Origin: a virus
Taxonomy: Duplodnaviria > Caudoviricetes
DNA length: 26,781 nt
Direction: 5' to 3' (one strand)
IMG/VR virus record: IMGVR_UViG_3300044724_000934
Location: 1-26,781 of that record
The notes under the pieces are model-generated. The model was not told the origin of the DNA. It was given only the letters and a program-made list of their open reading frames with translations, and made no database searches. Positions 8,200 to 17,100 of the stretch are shown one piece after another. Positions within the stretch are counted from its first letter, which is position 1; each line of letters begins with the position of its first letter. Made by a program: the position numbers and the translations under genes.

Positions 8200-8976
8200 A
8201 TGGCTATTAGTAAAGAGAAAAAGGTGAACACAGTTTTTATAGGATATGATCCTAAAGAAAAGGTTGCAGCCCAGATGTTAAAATACTTAATAGAAGCTAA
8301 CTCACCAAAGGATATTATAGTTAAGTTTCTACGCAAAGATATCTTGGAACATATGAATATGTTTAATAGACCTTTCGAGTGGGTTAACAATCAGATGATT
8401 GACTCCATAGATCAGAAACCTTTCTCAAGTGAGTTTACTTTTACTCGTTTTCTAGTACCTGCTTTGATGCAGTATGAAGGATGGGCTTTGTATTTAGATT
8501 GTGACATGTATCCTAGAACAGACATCAATGAATTGTTTGAAGAATACAACGATGAGTTCTATCCTTTGTACTGTGTTAAGCATGAGTATGAACCAACTGC
8601 TAAGTTTAAAATGGATGGTAGAGAACAGACTAGATACAATAGAAAGAACTGGTCTAGTCTTATGTTGTGGAACTGTGGTCATGAGTTAAACAAACAACTC
8701 ACACCCTTTGCTGTCAACAATAAGACAGGTAACTATCTACATACATTTGGTTGGTTACCTAATAAGAACTCAGCTATGGGTACAATATCAGAAGAATGGA
8801 ACTGGCTTGACAGTCATTCTGATCCTTCTATTGATCCTAAGTTAGTACACTTTACAACAGGTGGTCCTTGGTTTCCTAAGTGGGAATGCCAACGTGAAGT
8901 AGATGGTCTTATGGCTAGTGAGTGGAACAGTGACTATTCTTATTTAACATTACATGGAAAAATAGATGAGCTATAA
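8200..8976 (+). CDS. GT-A fold glycosyltransferase (nucleotide-diphospho-sugar transferase)
   Basis: VFIGYDPKE, SEFTFTRFLVP, DxD motif YLDCDM, RKNWSS, EEWNWL and VHFTTGGPW. Confidence 0.88.
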   Translation: MAISKEKKVNTVFIGYDPKEKVAAQMLKYLIEANSPKDIIVKFLRKDILEHMNMFNRPFEWVNNQMIDSIDQKPFSSEFTFTRFLVPALMQYEGWALYLDCDMYPRTDINELFEEYNDEFYPLYCVKHEYEPTAKFKMDGREQTRYNRKNWSSLMLWNCGHELNKQLTPFAVNNKTGNYLHTFGWLPNKNSAMGTISEEWNWLDSHSDPSIDPKLVHFTTGGPWFPKWECQREVDGLMASEWNSDYSYLTLHGKIDEL

Positions 8977-11338
8977 AATTGTAACAGCCTTTGATGAAAC
9001 ATCACTACAGCATAGTACGTTTCATCTTCTAAATGAATTTAAAGATAACTGGGAGCCTAGCATAGAGTTTCATTGTTATTACTATAACCTTGACCTTGCT
9101 AACTATTCCTTACCTAAAGCTAAGAATATATTCTATCATAACCTAATGGAGATATCAGACTATCCAGACTTTCTCAAGACCTTTGCTCAACACAATGGTA
9201 CTGAAGGGGGTAAGATACAGTACAATGATATCTTAAATCCACTGAAGTATATTCCTAAAGTAATTGCACTAACAGAGTGTGCCTTTGATAGTACTAATGG
9301 TTGGTTATTCTGGCTTGATCCTAGTTGTATGAACATCAAGAATGTATATCAAAAAGATATTGATACTATATTTCCTGAACACTCAGACAAACTGGACCTT
9401 GTAACCTTTACAGACATGACACAGATTGTAGGATTTAATCTTGACAGGGAAACACCAGTGCGTTTACTTGGTGATCTTAGAGGTGCCTTCATATCAGGTG
9501 AGTTTCTCAACTACCGTGAGTGGCATGATACATTTATCTTTGATAGACTTAAGCTTATCTATAATGCTCATGGTATGAATACATTAGAGGTTGATCCTAA
9601 GAAGTCTATTATAGGTGACATACTTGTCAACATGTATGATCGTGAGAACTTTGCCATGAGAGATAAGGATGGTAAACGTATCTTCAAACTGTCTGAGACA
9701 GAGACTACTCAAGACATATTACCTAGTAGATACAAGCAGTTAGCTGATCTAGTAAGGTATTATAAACCTAAGACTATACTTGAGACAGGTACTTGGAATG
9801 GTGGTAGAGCTATTGAGATGGCACTTGCTGCATTTCAGAAAACAGATGAAGTACACTACATAGGTTATGATCTCTTTGAGGATGCAACTACAGAGACAGA
9901 TCACGAAGAGTTTAATGTAAAGCCTCACAATACTTTAGAAGCTGTACATAAAAGACTAGTAGAGTTCTCTGAGCATGTCAAAGAGAAAGAGAATAAAGAG
10001 TTTACCTTTCAATTAACCAAAGGTAATGTAAGAGAAACATTATTAAAGAAGGATATAAAAGATGTAGACTTTGCTTTGATTGGCAGTGGTAATAGTATTG
10101 AGACAGTCCAGACAGAGTACGAAATACTTAAGGATGTACCTGTAGTTATAGGTGATCATTACTTCACTAAGGAATCAGAAGAAGATGAGTCTATGCCTCC
10201 TGAAAAATATCATGGAGTGAAACATGTTTTTGATAGCGTCAAGACAAAGAAGGTTGATCAGAAAGAGACAACGAAAGATGGCTGGACAAGCTTTGATGAG
10301 AAGTCTACGACACGTAAGCATCTTCTCCCTTCCCAAGACAAAGTGGCTGGAGGTGGTCATACTCACCTTGTGGTTTTTCTTCACGGTACAACTGTAGAAG
10401 ATATACCTAATCAGTTAAAGAGTGTACCTATTGTTGTACATCCTAGAGATTGTGTTCCTAAAGACTACATCAAGAACAACATCAAGTCTAACATGACACT
10501 AATTGATCCTAAGAAATGGGTGACTAAGCATATGGCACACCAACAGAAAGCTATACTTGTTTCTGCTGGCCCTTACTTAGACTATGGTGCATTGAAGATG
10601 TTCATTAAAGACAATCCAGATGCTAAGTTACTAACAGTTAAACATGCTTACCCTCACCTGATTGCCAATGACATCAAGCCTTGGGGTTGTATTATACTAG
10701 ATCCTCGACCTATTACAGGAGTGTCTACTCACAACGTAGTACGTAAGGATCTCTTCAAGAACTTAGATCCTGATACTAATTTCTTTGTGGCTTCTATGAC
10801 TGATCCTTCTGTAACTAACTTCTTCATAGCTAAAGAATGTAAGATATGGGGGTGGCACGCCTTCACTGATTCTCTTAGAGAAGAGAGTGAGCAAGGTACT
10901 CAGATACAGAATCAACAAGTCAAAGTACCTGATGATCTGGGCATACCTAAAGGTGCTACTATGATTACTGGTGGTACGTGTGCTGCTATGAGAGGCATAG
11001 GTATATTACATACAATGGGCTTTAGAAATATAGATCTCTTTGGTTTTGATTCTTGCAGAGATGAGCCTAGTAAAGAAGAACTTACTGAGACTACTGGTGA
11101 TATAGAAGGTGGTGAAGTACCAAAGCCTAAGTATATTGAAGTAAGTGTCAATGAAAAGAAGTACTGGACTACTGGTGAGCTATTAGCTATGGCACAGGAC
11201 TGTGAGAAAGTCTTTCAAGATGAAGGTCTTGAGGGTGTATTAAACTTTCATGGTAAAGATACAATGGTAGCTGACCTATGGGAGATACAACAGAAAAAGA
11301 AAACAAGACCAGAGTTTGAAGGATACTACGATGCTTGA
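8966..11338 (+). CDS. 790-aa fusion: glycosyltransferase-like domain + class I SAM methyltransferase-like domain + Maf/DUF115 (MptE-like) domain
   Basis: N-terminus KIVTAF...KVIAL...WLFWLD...EWHDTFIFD. Middle KPKTILETGTWNGG...YIGYDLFE. C-terminus ILVSAGPYL...IKPWGCIILDPR...ITGGTCAAMRG...MGFRNIDLFGFDS. Confidence 0.75.
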   Translation: MSYKIVTAFDETSLQHSTFHLLNEFKDNWEPSIEFHCYYYNLDLANYSLPKAKNIFYHNLMEISDYPDFLKTFAQHNGTEGGKIQYNDILNPLKYIPKVIALTECAFDSTNGWLFWLDPSCMNIKNVYQKDIDTIFPEHSDKLDLVTFTDMTQIVGFNLDRETPVRLLGDLRGAFISGEFLNYREWHDTFIFDRLKLIYNAHGMNTLEVDPKKSIIGDILVNMYDRENFAMRDKDGKRIFKLSETETTQDILPSRYKQLADLVRYYKPKTILETGTWNGGRAIEMALAAFQKTDEVHYIGYDLFEDATTETDHEEFNVKPHNTLEAVHKRLVEFSEHVKEKENKEFTFQLTKGNVRETLLKKDIKDVDFALIGSGNSIETVQTEYEILKDVPVVIGDHYFTKESEEDESMPPEKYHGVKHVFDSVKTKKVDQKETTKDGWTSFDEKSTTRKHLLPSQDKVAGGGHTHLVVFLHGTTVEDIPNQLKSVPIVVHPRDCVPKDYIKNNIKSNMTLIDPKKWVTKHMAHQQKAILVSAGPYLDYGALKMFIKDNPDAKLLTVKHAYPHLIANDIKPWGCIILDPRPITGVSTHNVVRKDLFKNLDPDTNFFVASMTDPSVTNFFIAKECKIWGWHAFTDSLREESEQGTQIQNQQVKVPDDLGIPKGATMITGGTCAAMRGIGILHTMGFRNIDLFGFDSCRDEPSKEELTETTGDIEGGEVPKPKYIEVSVNEKKYWTTGELLAMAQDCEKVFQDEGLEGVLNFHGKDTMVADLWEIQQKKKTRPEFEGYYDA

Positions 11339-12026
11339 TATACAATATGATCCAGAATTAGATAGAGATAGACCATCAGCTAAGTATACAGAGTTACTTG
11401 ACCAATACATTACAATGCATTCTTCAGCTAAAGGTATGTTTGATGGTAAGAGCTTAACAAAGTTTATCTATATTATTGATGGCTTTCTTAAGTCTAATAA
11501 ATGTAAAAGCTTATTAGACTATGGAGCAGGTAAAGGTACTCTGTATACTGAAAACTATAAGAAACTAACCAACGTTATAGATAAACCACTAACAGAATAT
11601 TGGGAGCTAGATAAAATTGATCGTTATGAACCTGCTCTTGCTGAGTATAACGTACTTAGTAGTGACGAGTATGATGCAGTAATATGTACTGACGTACTAG
11701 AACATGTGCCTGAGACTGATCTAGGATGGGTGGTAGATGAGATATTAGAGAGGTCTAACAAGATGGCCTTCTTTAATATAGCTTGCTACCCTGCAATGAA
11801 AACATTTGAAGATGGTACTAACGTACATGTCTCAGTCTTTGAACCTAATGTGTGGTTAAACTTTTTCTTAGATAAGATTAGAAACTATAAAAATTTATCT
11901 ATCTATTTATTCTTTGATGTCATGAATGCTAATCATAAAGCAATCAGCCTTGAAGGATTTAAGATAGACAATAACCCAAGAGTGATTCAACTACGACAGG
12001 AGGAAAAAGATGATAGGAATACTTAG
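11331..12026 (+). CDS. Class I SAM-dependent methyltransferase
   Basis: Motif I LLDYGAGKG and YDAVICTDVLEHVP. ATG 11331 follows GAAGGA. No DPPY/NPPY or PC motif. Confidence 0.88.
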   Translation: MLDIQYDPELDRDRPSAKYTELLDQYITMHSSAKGMFDGKSLTKFIYIIDGFLKSNKCKSLLDYGAGKGTLYTENYKKLTNVIDKPLTEYWELDKIDRYEPALAEYNVLSSDEYDAVICTDVLEHVPETDLGWVVDEILERSNKMAFFNIACYPAMKTFEDGTNVHVSVFEPNVWLNFFLDKIRNYKNLSIYLFFDVMNANHKAISLEGFKIDNNPRVIQLRQEEKDDRNT

Positions 12027-12426
12027 TTCACTACTACCAGTTGCAACCAGTATAATTGACAGGGTTGTACCTGATAAGAATGCTGCAAAGAAAGCTAAGT
12101 TAGATATGCAGAAAGAGTTGACAACTGCATTTAATAAAGCTAATCTTGCACAGATAGAAACAAATAAAATACAAGCTGCTCATCCTTCCATCTTCGTAAG
12201 TGGAGCTAGACCTGCTATCATGTGGATATGTGCCTTTGGTTTAGGGTGGCAATTTGTATTTCAACCTGTAGCTGTATGGGGTCTAGCACTTAGTGGTACT
12301 GGTGTTGCTCTTCCTATTATAGAGACAGAAGGTTTGATGTCATTAACATTGGCTCTCTTAGGACTAGGTGGTATGCGTAGCTTTGAGAAGTCTAAAGGTG
12401 TACAAAGGAATAATATGAAACGATGA
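12010..12426 (+). CDS. Holin, 3TM (GTA holin / DUF3154-like)
   Basis: IIDRVVPD, NLAQIETNKIQA, FVSGARPAIMW and LLGLGGMRSFEK, with hydrophobic segments. Confidence 0.85.
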   Translation: MIGILSSLLPVATSIIDRVVPDKNAAKKAKLDMQKELTTAFNKANLAQIETNKIQAAHPSIFVSGARPAIMWICAFGLGWQFVFQPVAVWGLALSGTGVALPIIETEGLMSLTLALLGLGGMRSFEKSKGVQRNNMKR

Positions 12427-12521
12427 GCAGAGTTTACAAAAGATTAAAAGTTTGTATGCATTATTGGGTTAAGTCTTCTTATGATGCATGGTTAAAAACA
12501 GGGAAACCAGATAGAGAATAA
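12423..12521 (+). CDS. Small basic protein, 32 aa (not in ORF track)
   Basis: MSRVYKRLKVCMHYWVKSSYDAWLKTGKPDRE*. ATGA overlap with the holin stop and TAATG overlap with the next start; fills the gap exactly. Confidence 0.7.
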   Translation: MSRVYKRLKVCMHYWVKSSYDAWLKTGKPDRE

Positions 12522-12778
12522 TGTATAACGAACTTAAAAAATTATCACCTACTCATACATTAGATTGGTATATTAAATGGATAGCCTCTGTATTTTTAAT
12601 TGCAGGGGTTATCTTAACAAGTAATAATATTTATCCTATTAACTTATTCTTTCATGCTGCTGGTATGTTTGGTTGGTTTATTGTGTCTATTCTTTGGAAT
12701 GATAGAGCTTTACTTGTAATCAATGCAGTATCATTAGCTATATTAATTAATGGATTGGTAGCTCACTATGTTAAATGA
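12521..12778 (+). CDS. Small membrane protein (DUF6552-like)
   Basis: WYIKWIAS...NIYPINL...GWFIVSILWNDRALLVIN; about three hydrophobic helices. Confidence 0.75.
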   Translation: MYNELKKLSPTHTLDWYIKWIASVFLIAGVILTSNNIYPINLFFHAAGMFGWFIVSILWNDRALLVINAVSLAILINGLVAHYVK

Positions 12779-13289
12779 TAAACAAGAAAAGTTTGCACAG
12801 TCTTATGTGCTACATAACAATGCAACTGAAGCTGCAAAGGCAGCAGGTTATGCAGCATCATCAGCAGCTAATCAAGGTTATAGATTACTACAGATAGATG
12901 AGATTGTAGAAAGAATTAGTATACTAGAGAATGAATTAGAAACTAATGTTGATGTTATAGATGAATTAGAAAGTCAGTACACATATGCAAAAACAAATGG
13001 ACACACTAATAGTGCTATCAAGGCACTTGAATTACTATCTAGAGTACGTGGTGCTAACTCTGATATTAATACTAACTTAGATTCTAACTCTCTTGAGTCT
13101 GCTATTGTAGGTTGTCTTAATGTACTAGGTGAAGATGAAGTAATGAAGCTATTATCTAAGTGTGACTTCGCTCATAACCTATTTTTAGAGGATGACGAAG
13201 AAAACGAGGAGCCAGAGAGCCTCATAGAGGATGACAACGAGGACTCTCTGGACCCTACCTACCCTGAAGAGGCAGAAACTTCTGTATGA
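12768..13289 (+). CDS. terS: Terminase small subunit (HTH type) with acidic tail
   Basis: LNDKQEKFAQSY...NATEAAKAAGY...AANQGYRLL and AIKALELL. Confidence 0.8.
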   Translation: MLNDKQEKFAQSYVLHNNATEAAKAAGYAASSAANQGYRLLQIDEIVERISILENELETNVDVIDELESQYTYAKTNGHTNSAIKALELLSRVRGANSDINTNLDSNSLESAIVGCLNVLGEDEVMKLLSKCDFAHNLFLEDDEENEEPESLIEDDNEDSLDPTYPEEAETSV

Positions 13290-13321
13290 CGCTTAAAACA
13301 GCGTACAAAGCAAATCGTTAT

Positions 13322-13447
13322 TTATAGGTAATAATTCTTACCTGTTCTAGGTTCATAGTTGTGATTACGGTAGTGAAAGGTATGTTTCCAGAATGATCGT
13401 AGTAAGTATCTCTCTTTAGCCAATAGTTTCTTAAAAATCTTAGTCAC
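13322..13447 (-). CDS. Small basic protein, 41 aa (not in ORF track)
   Basis: GTG start overlaps the endolysin stop (GTGA), with GGAG 6 nt upstream. MTKIFKKLLAKERYLLRSFWKHTFHYRNHNYEPRTGKNYYL*. Confidence 0.6.
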   Translation of the reverse strand: MTKIFKKLLAKERYLLRSFWKHTFHYRNHNYEPRTGKNYYL

Positions 13448-13821
13448 TTATAACTCCATATCCAAGGTCTAGGGTGAACGTCACTGTTCTCCATCGTATC
13501 TAGATGTAAGAACCTTCTCTCATGTGGCCCTCTCTGAGATACTCCTATCCCAGTGAAGCCGTATTGTGGTGCTAACTTTAACAATCTATATGCTGCCTTA
13601 CCACTGACAACAACATCAACTGCTTTACCGTGTAGGTGAGGTGAGTTAGCAGCACCTCCTATTGTTGTATTATATCCTATGCTTCTGTAAGCTGAAGATA
13701 TAACCATTGGCTCATTGAACTCATGTCTTAATGCTTCTAACTGTGCCATGAACTGTCCATCCATATAACACTCATCTGTACCTTTACATTTGAGTTCATC
13801 CTCTGTGAAGTATTTCCACAT
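13444..13821 (-). CDS. Peptidase M15A family protein, probable endolysin
   Basis: YFTEDELKC, ISSAYRS..YN..IGGAANSPHLHGKAVD and FLHLD (Zn ligands H, D, H). Confidence 0.92.
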   Translation of the reverse strand: MWKYFTEDELKCKGTDECYMDGQFMAQLEALRHEFNEPMVISSAYRSIGYNTTIGGAANSPHLHGKAVDVVVSGKAAYRLLKLAPQYGFTGIGVSQRGPHERRFLHLDTMENSDVHPRPWIWSYK

Positions 13822-14177
13822 TATTCTTCTGTCCTTTCTACTGGTGGGTGTTTTCCATTATGCATTTTATATAGTCTATCTATTTGCATTTCTATATTAT
13901 CTATTCGTGTATCTATCTGACCATCTCTCTCACTTTGTTTCTTCAGGATCTGGGGAGAAAGAATATCTTTACTAATAATATTAATACTGTTTTCAATCAC
14001 TGCTTGTTTAGCCTCTTGATTATCTACTTGTTGATAGATCTTAGTAATATCATCCTTGATGTCATCTACCTGACCTACAATAGATTTAATAGTAGCTTTG
14101 AGTACACCCCATGTGGCTGCTAATCCTGCCAACACTGTTCCTAGTGTGAGGAGTTCTCTTGGTCCTAGTTCTAACAT
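13821..14177 (-). CDS. Membrane-anchored coiled-coil protein (possible lysis accessory)
   Basis: N-terminal hydrophobic stretch LLTLGTVLAGLAATWGVL followed by heptad-like sequence. Single-base stop/start overlaps with both neighbours. Confidence 0.7.
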   Translation of the reverse strand: MLELGPRELLTLGTVLAGLAATWGVLKATIKSIVGQVDDIKDDITKIYQQVDNQEAKQAVIENSINIISKDILSPQILKKQSERDGQIDTRIDNIEMQIDRLYKMHNGKHPPVERTEE

Positions 14178-17100
14178 TATTTTTTATCTTCTCTTGGTAT
14201 TAGGGGAACACTTTGTCTTGAATAATCTATAAGTCTATTCTGAATCATTAAGATTAGTTCTCTAGGTATCTTATTCATACCTTCAAACTTTTGTATTACA
14301 TCCCCACTTAATAAAGGGGGAGTAAATATACCTCTCTCTTGATTTCGATACACTAATGCTGTATCTACAAGCTCTTGTTTATTTAAATATCCTTTCTCAC
14401 TAAGGATAGCTTTTAATTTTCTATCATCTATTCTTTGTCTAATCATCTGACCTGTCTTAGGATCTTTCTTTCTATTATCAAAAAATGTAAGCTTCTTAGC
14501 TTCGTTTAATATTCCAGATAATTTTCTCTGAGCATTAAGACTTTTTCTTACATAACCATCAACTTCATTCATTATACTATCAATAGTTTCCTGCTTTGAA
14601 AGATCTTCTTTACGATCACTTAATTTTCTTAACATACTTTTCATTTCAGTATCTATACTTTTTATAGCTGAAGCTTCTGTATTAACAGTAGACTGTAGTG
14701 ATTTATTAAAATCATATGTTTGCTGAGTAAGACCATAAAATCTTTTAATTCTATCTGCTACTCTAGCAGGATACCCTGACTTAGTTGCTACACCAAAGTA
14801 ATCTCTTTCTCCTTGTGTTAGATCAGGAAATCCTTTTGCATCTTTTGTTTTTCCTTCCCTTGAATCTACAGCTTTTTGATAGTTCATGATATCTATTATT
14901 GTTTTAGGAACAAATCTTGGCATTAATTCATCTGCTACAACTTTACCTCTATCTTGTATTGCTTCTAAAATAGATCCTGAAGATTCAGGATATATACTTC
15001 TTCCTCTTTTAGTTCCTGTTAATAAATTTAAAAATGGTTCAATAGCTAATGACTCTGTTATTAATGGATCAAATACTTGACCTATTTTTTGAACAGTATC
15101 TTCAATTTGATTAGGATCAGTCAACTTACCAGATGCACCATATTGAAAAATAGCTTTACCAAATTTTAACATAGCATCATAAGGATTATTTCTACTGACA
15201 TTATAAAAGTTTGTTTCTATATGGCCTGTCTTAGGATTATACATCATTGGTTTATTAAAAGATCTTACAGAGTTCCTATCATATATAGGAGAAGTTATAT
15301 CAATAACTTTATTATCATCTTCTGTAATTCCATTCTTCTCATTACCAGATATTAAATAACCTGAACCTACTGTACCAACAGCTATAGTTCCTGCCATTCT
15401 TTCTGCACCAATTTGCATTAACTTTCTATTGCCTGTTCTTATCCCATTTAAAAAGTCTCTTGCTCCCATCATAGCTGTATTCTTACCTACCCTAAAACTT
15501 TCAACTAGGAAAGAAGGAAAAGCACCTATAATGGGAACTGCTCTAGAAGCCTTTAAAAATCTAGGAACTCTAGAATAAATAGGAAGTATATTCTTAACAA
15601 CATCAGCAGCATAATCTTCTAACTCTGCTTTAGACATATTTGGAAATGCTTTACGATACTTTGCTAACTCTTGATAGTAATTAAATACTTTAAAGATATC
15701 ATCCTCTGCTCTATAAATTTTAGCTAGACCATCTACAAGTTTACTAGAATACTTTAGTGCTTTGTTTGAAGAATTTAAAAGTTTATCAAAGTCTGCATCA
15801 TTAAGAGAACGAGCAAAGAACTCTTGATTAACACCACTATTAACTAAACCTTTTTCTTGTAATTTTTTATACTCAAGTGGATCTATTTTAATCTTAGCCC
15901 CAGTTTTATTTACTAAACGATTTAAGTCAGGACTATATGTAAGCATCTCTTTTATACCACCTCTAAAAGGAAACATATTACCGTTAGCAGCAGACATAAC
16001 TATGTTACCAGATATATTTACTAAATGAGTAGACTCAGATAAAACTGTTTGTGCGCCTGAAGCCCAAGCTTGCATACCATGCAAACCTTTTAAAAGTTTA
16101 TTTGTAGGACTATTAACATCTAATCCTTCAGCTAACTTTTTCTTAAAAGATTTAGTTGTAAAGATACCTGCTAGAGGATTAGCATTTGGACCTAAAGTTC
16201 TTATATAGTTATTAGCTATGTCTTCTAATTCACCCTCAAAAGTTTGTACCTCTTTTCCTGCTTGCATAGCTATACCATCATCACCTTTAAACTTTGATCC
16301 TGTTCTAAATAACTTAGAACCATAATCACTTAAAGCTATTTCTCTAATATCCCTAAGAAATTGATGTTCAGCTATTAATCTTCCTTGTTTATCTATTGTA
16401 TTAGAAACTCTAGTTACAGGGTTATCCACTTCTTTCATTAACTTTCTTATATCAGAAGGAATATATTTTCTACCAGTAATAATTTTTCCTAGATAGTGTT
16501 CTCCAACAGCCTCTCCTTCACCAGCTAAAGTTTTAAAGAAATCTTCTTCACCACTTTCAAACCTACTTATTATTCTATTAACCTGTTCATCTACACCAGC
16601 TTCATTTAATTTTTTATTTGTATTTTTAACATGATCTCTCACACCCTGTACAATTTGAAATGCTTCTGCATCATCTATGTTTTTTTCAGCATTAGTTTTT
16701 TTAATTCTTTTAAGCCATTGAGGGTTTGTAAATATTTCATAATCAGTCGTTAGATATAAACCAACTTTATTATCTATAGCAGCAGTCGTACCTTTATTAC
16801 CACCTAATCCTCTTGCAGTAATTTCTTTACTGTTCTTATCTACAATAGCTCTTAGTCTAGTAACTTCATCAGCTACATTTGTAGGAAGTTTAGTAAGAGC
16901 ATCATCTTGTCTTTGTCTAGCAGCAGCTAATACCTGTGCAGTATAATTATCTAAGACTTCTTCATCACTTATTTTTCGTGGCTTCTTAGGCTTCTTAGGT
17001 TTCTTACGTGGTTTAGCTCCTTCTTTAGGTGGCTTTGGAGGTTTTGGTTTTTTAGTTCTTTCCGATGGCTTTTTCTTTAGTATTTTAATTACTTCTTCTG

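Noticed and set aside
11331-12026. DNA methyltransferase call
   Set aside because: Lacks the DPPY/NPPY (N6A/N4C) and PC (C5) catalytic motifs; DVLEH is typical of small-molecule or sugar methyltransferases.
13318-13443. In-frame 41-codon extension after the endolysin TGA (possible stop read-through)
   Set aside because: The M15 domain ends naturally at WIWSYK, and the overlapping GTG frame with a good SD explains the region better.
13821-14177. Firm i-spanin or holin call
   Set aside because: Topology is compatible, but no nested or adjacent lipobox o-spanin was recognised, so it is left unassigned.
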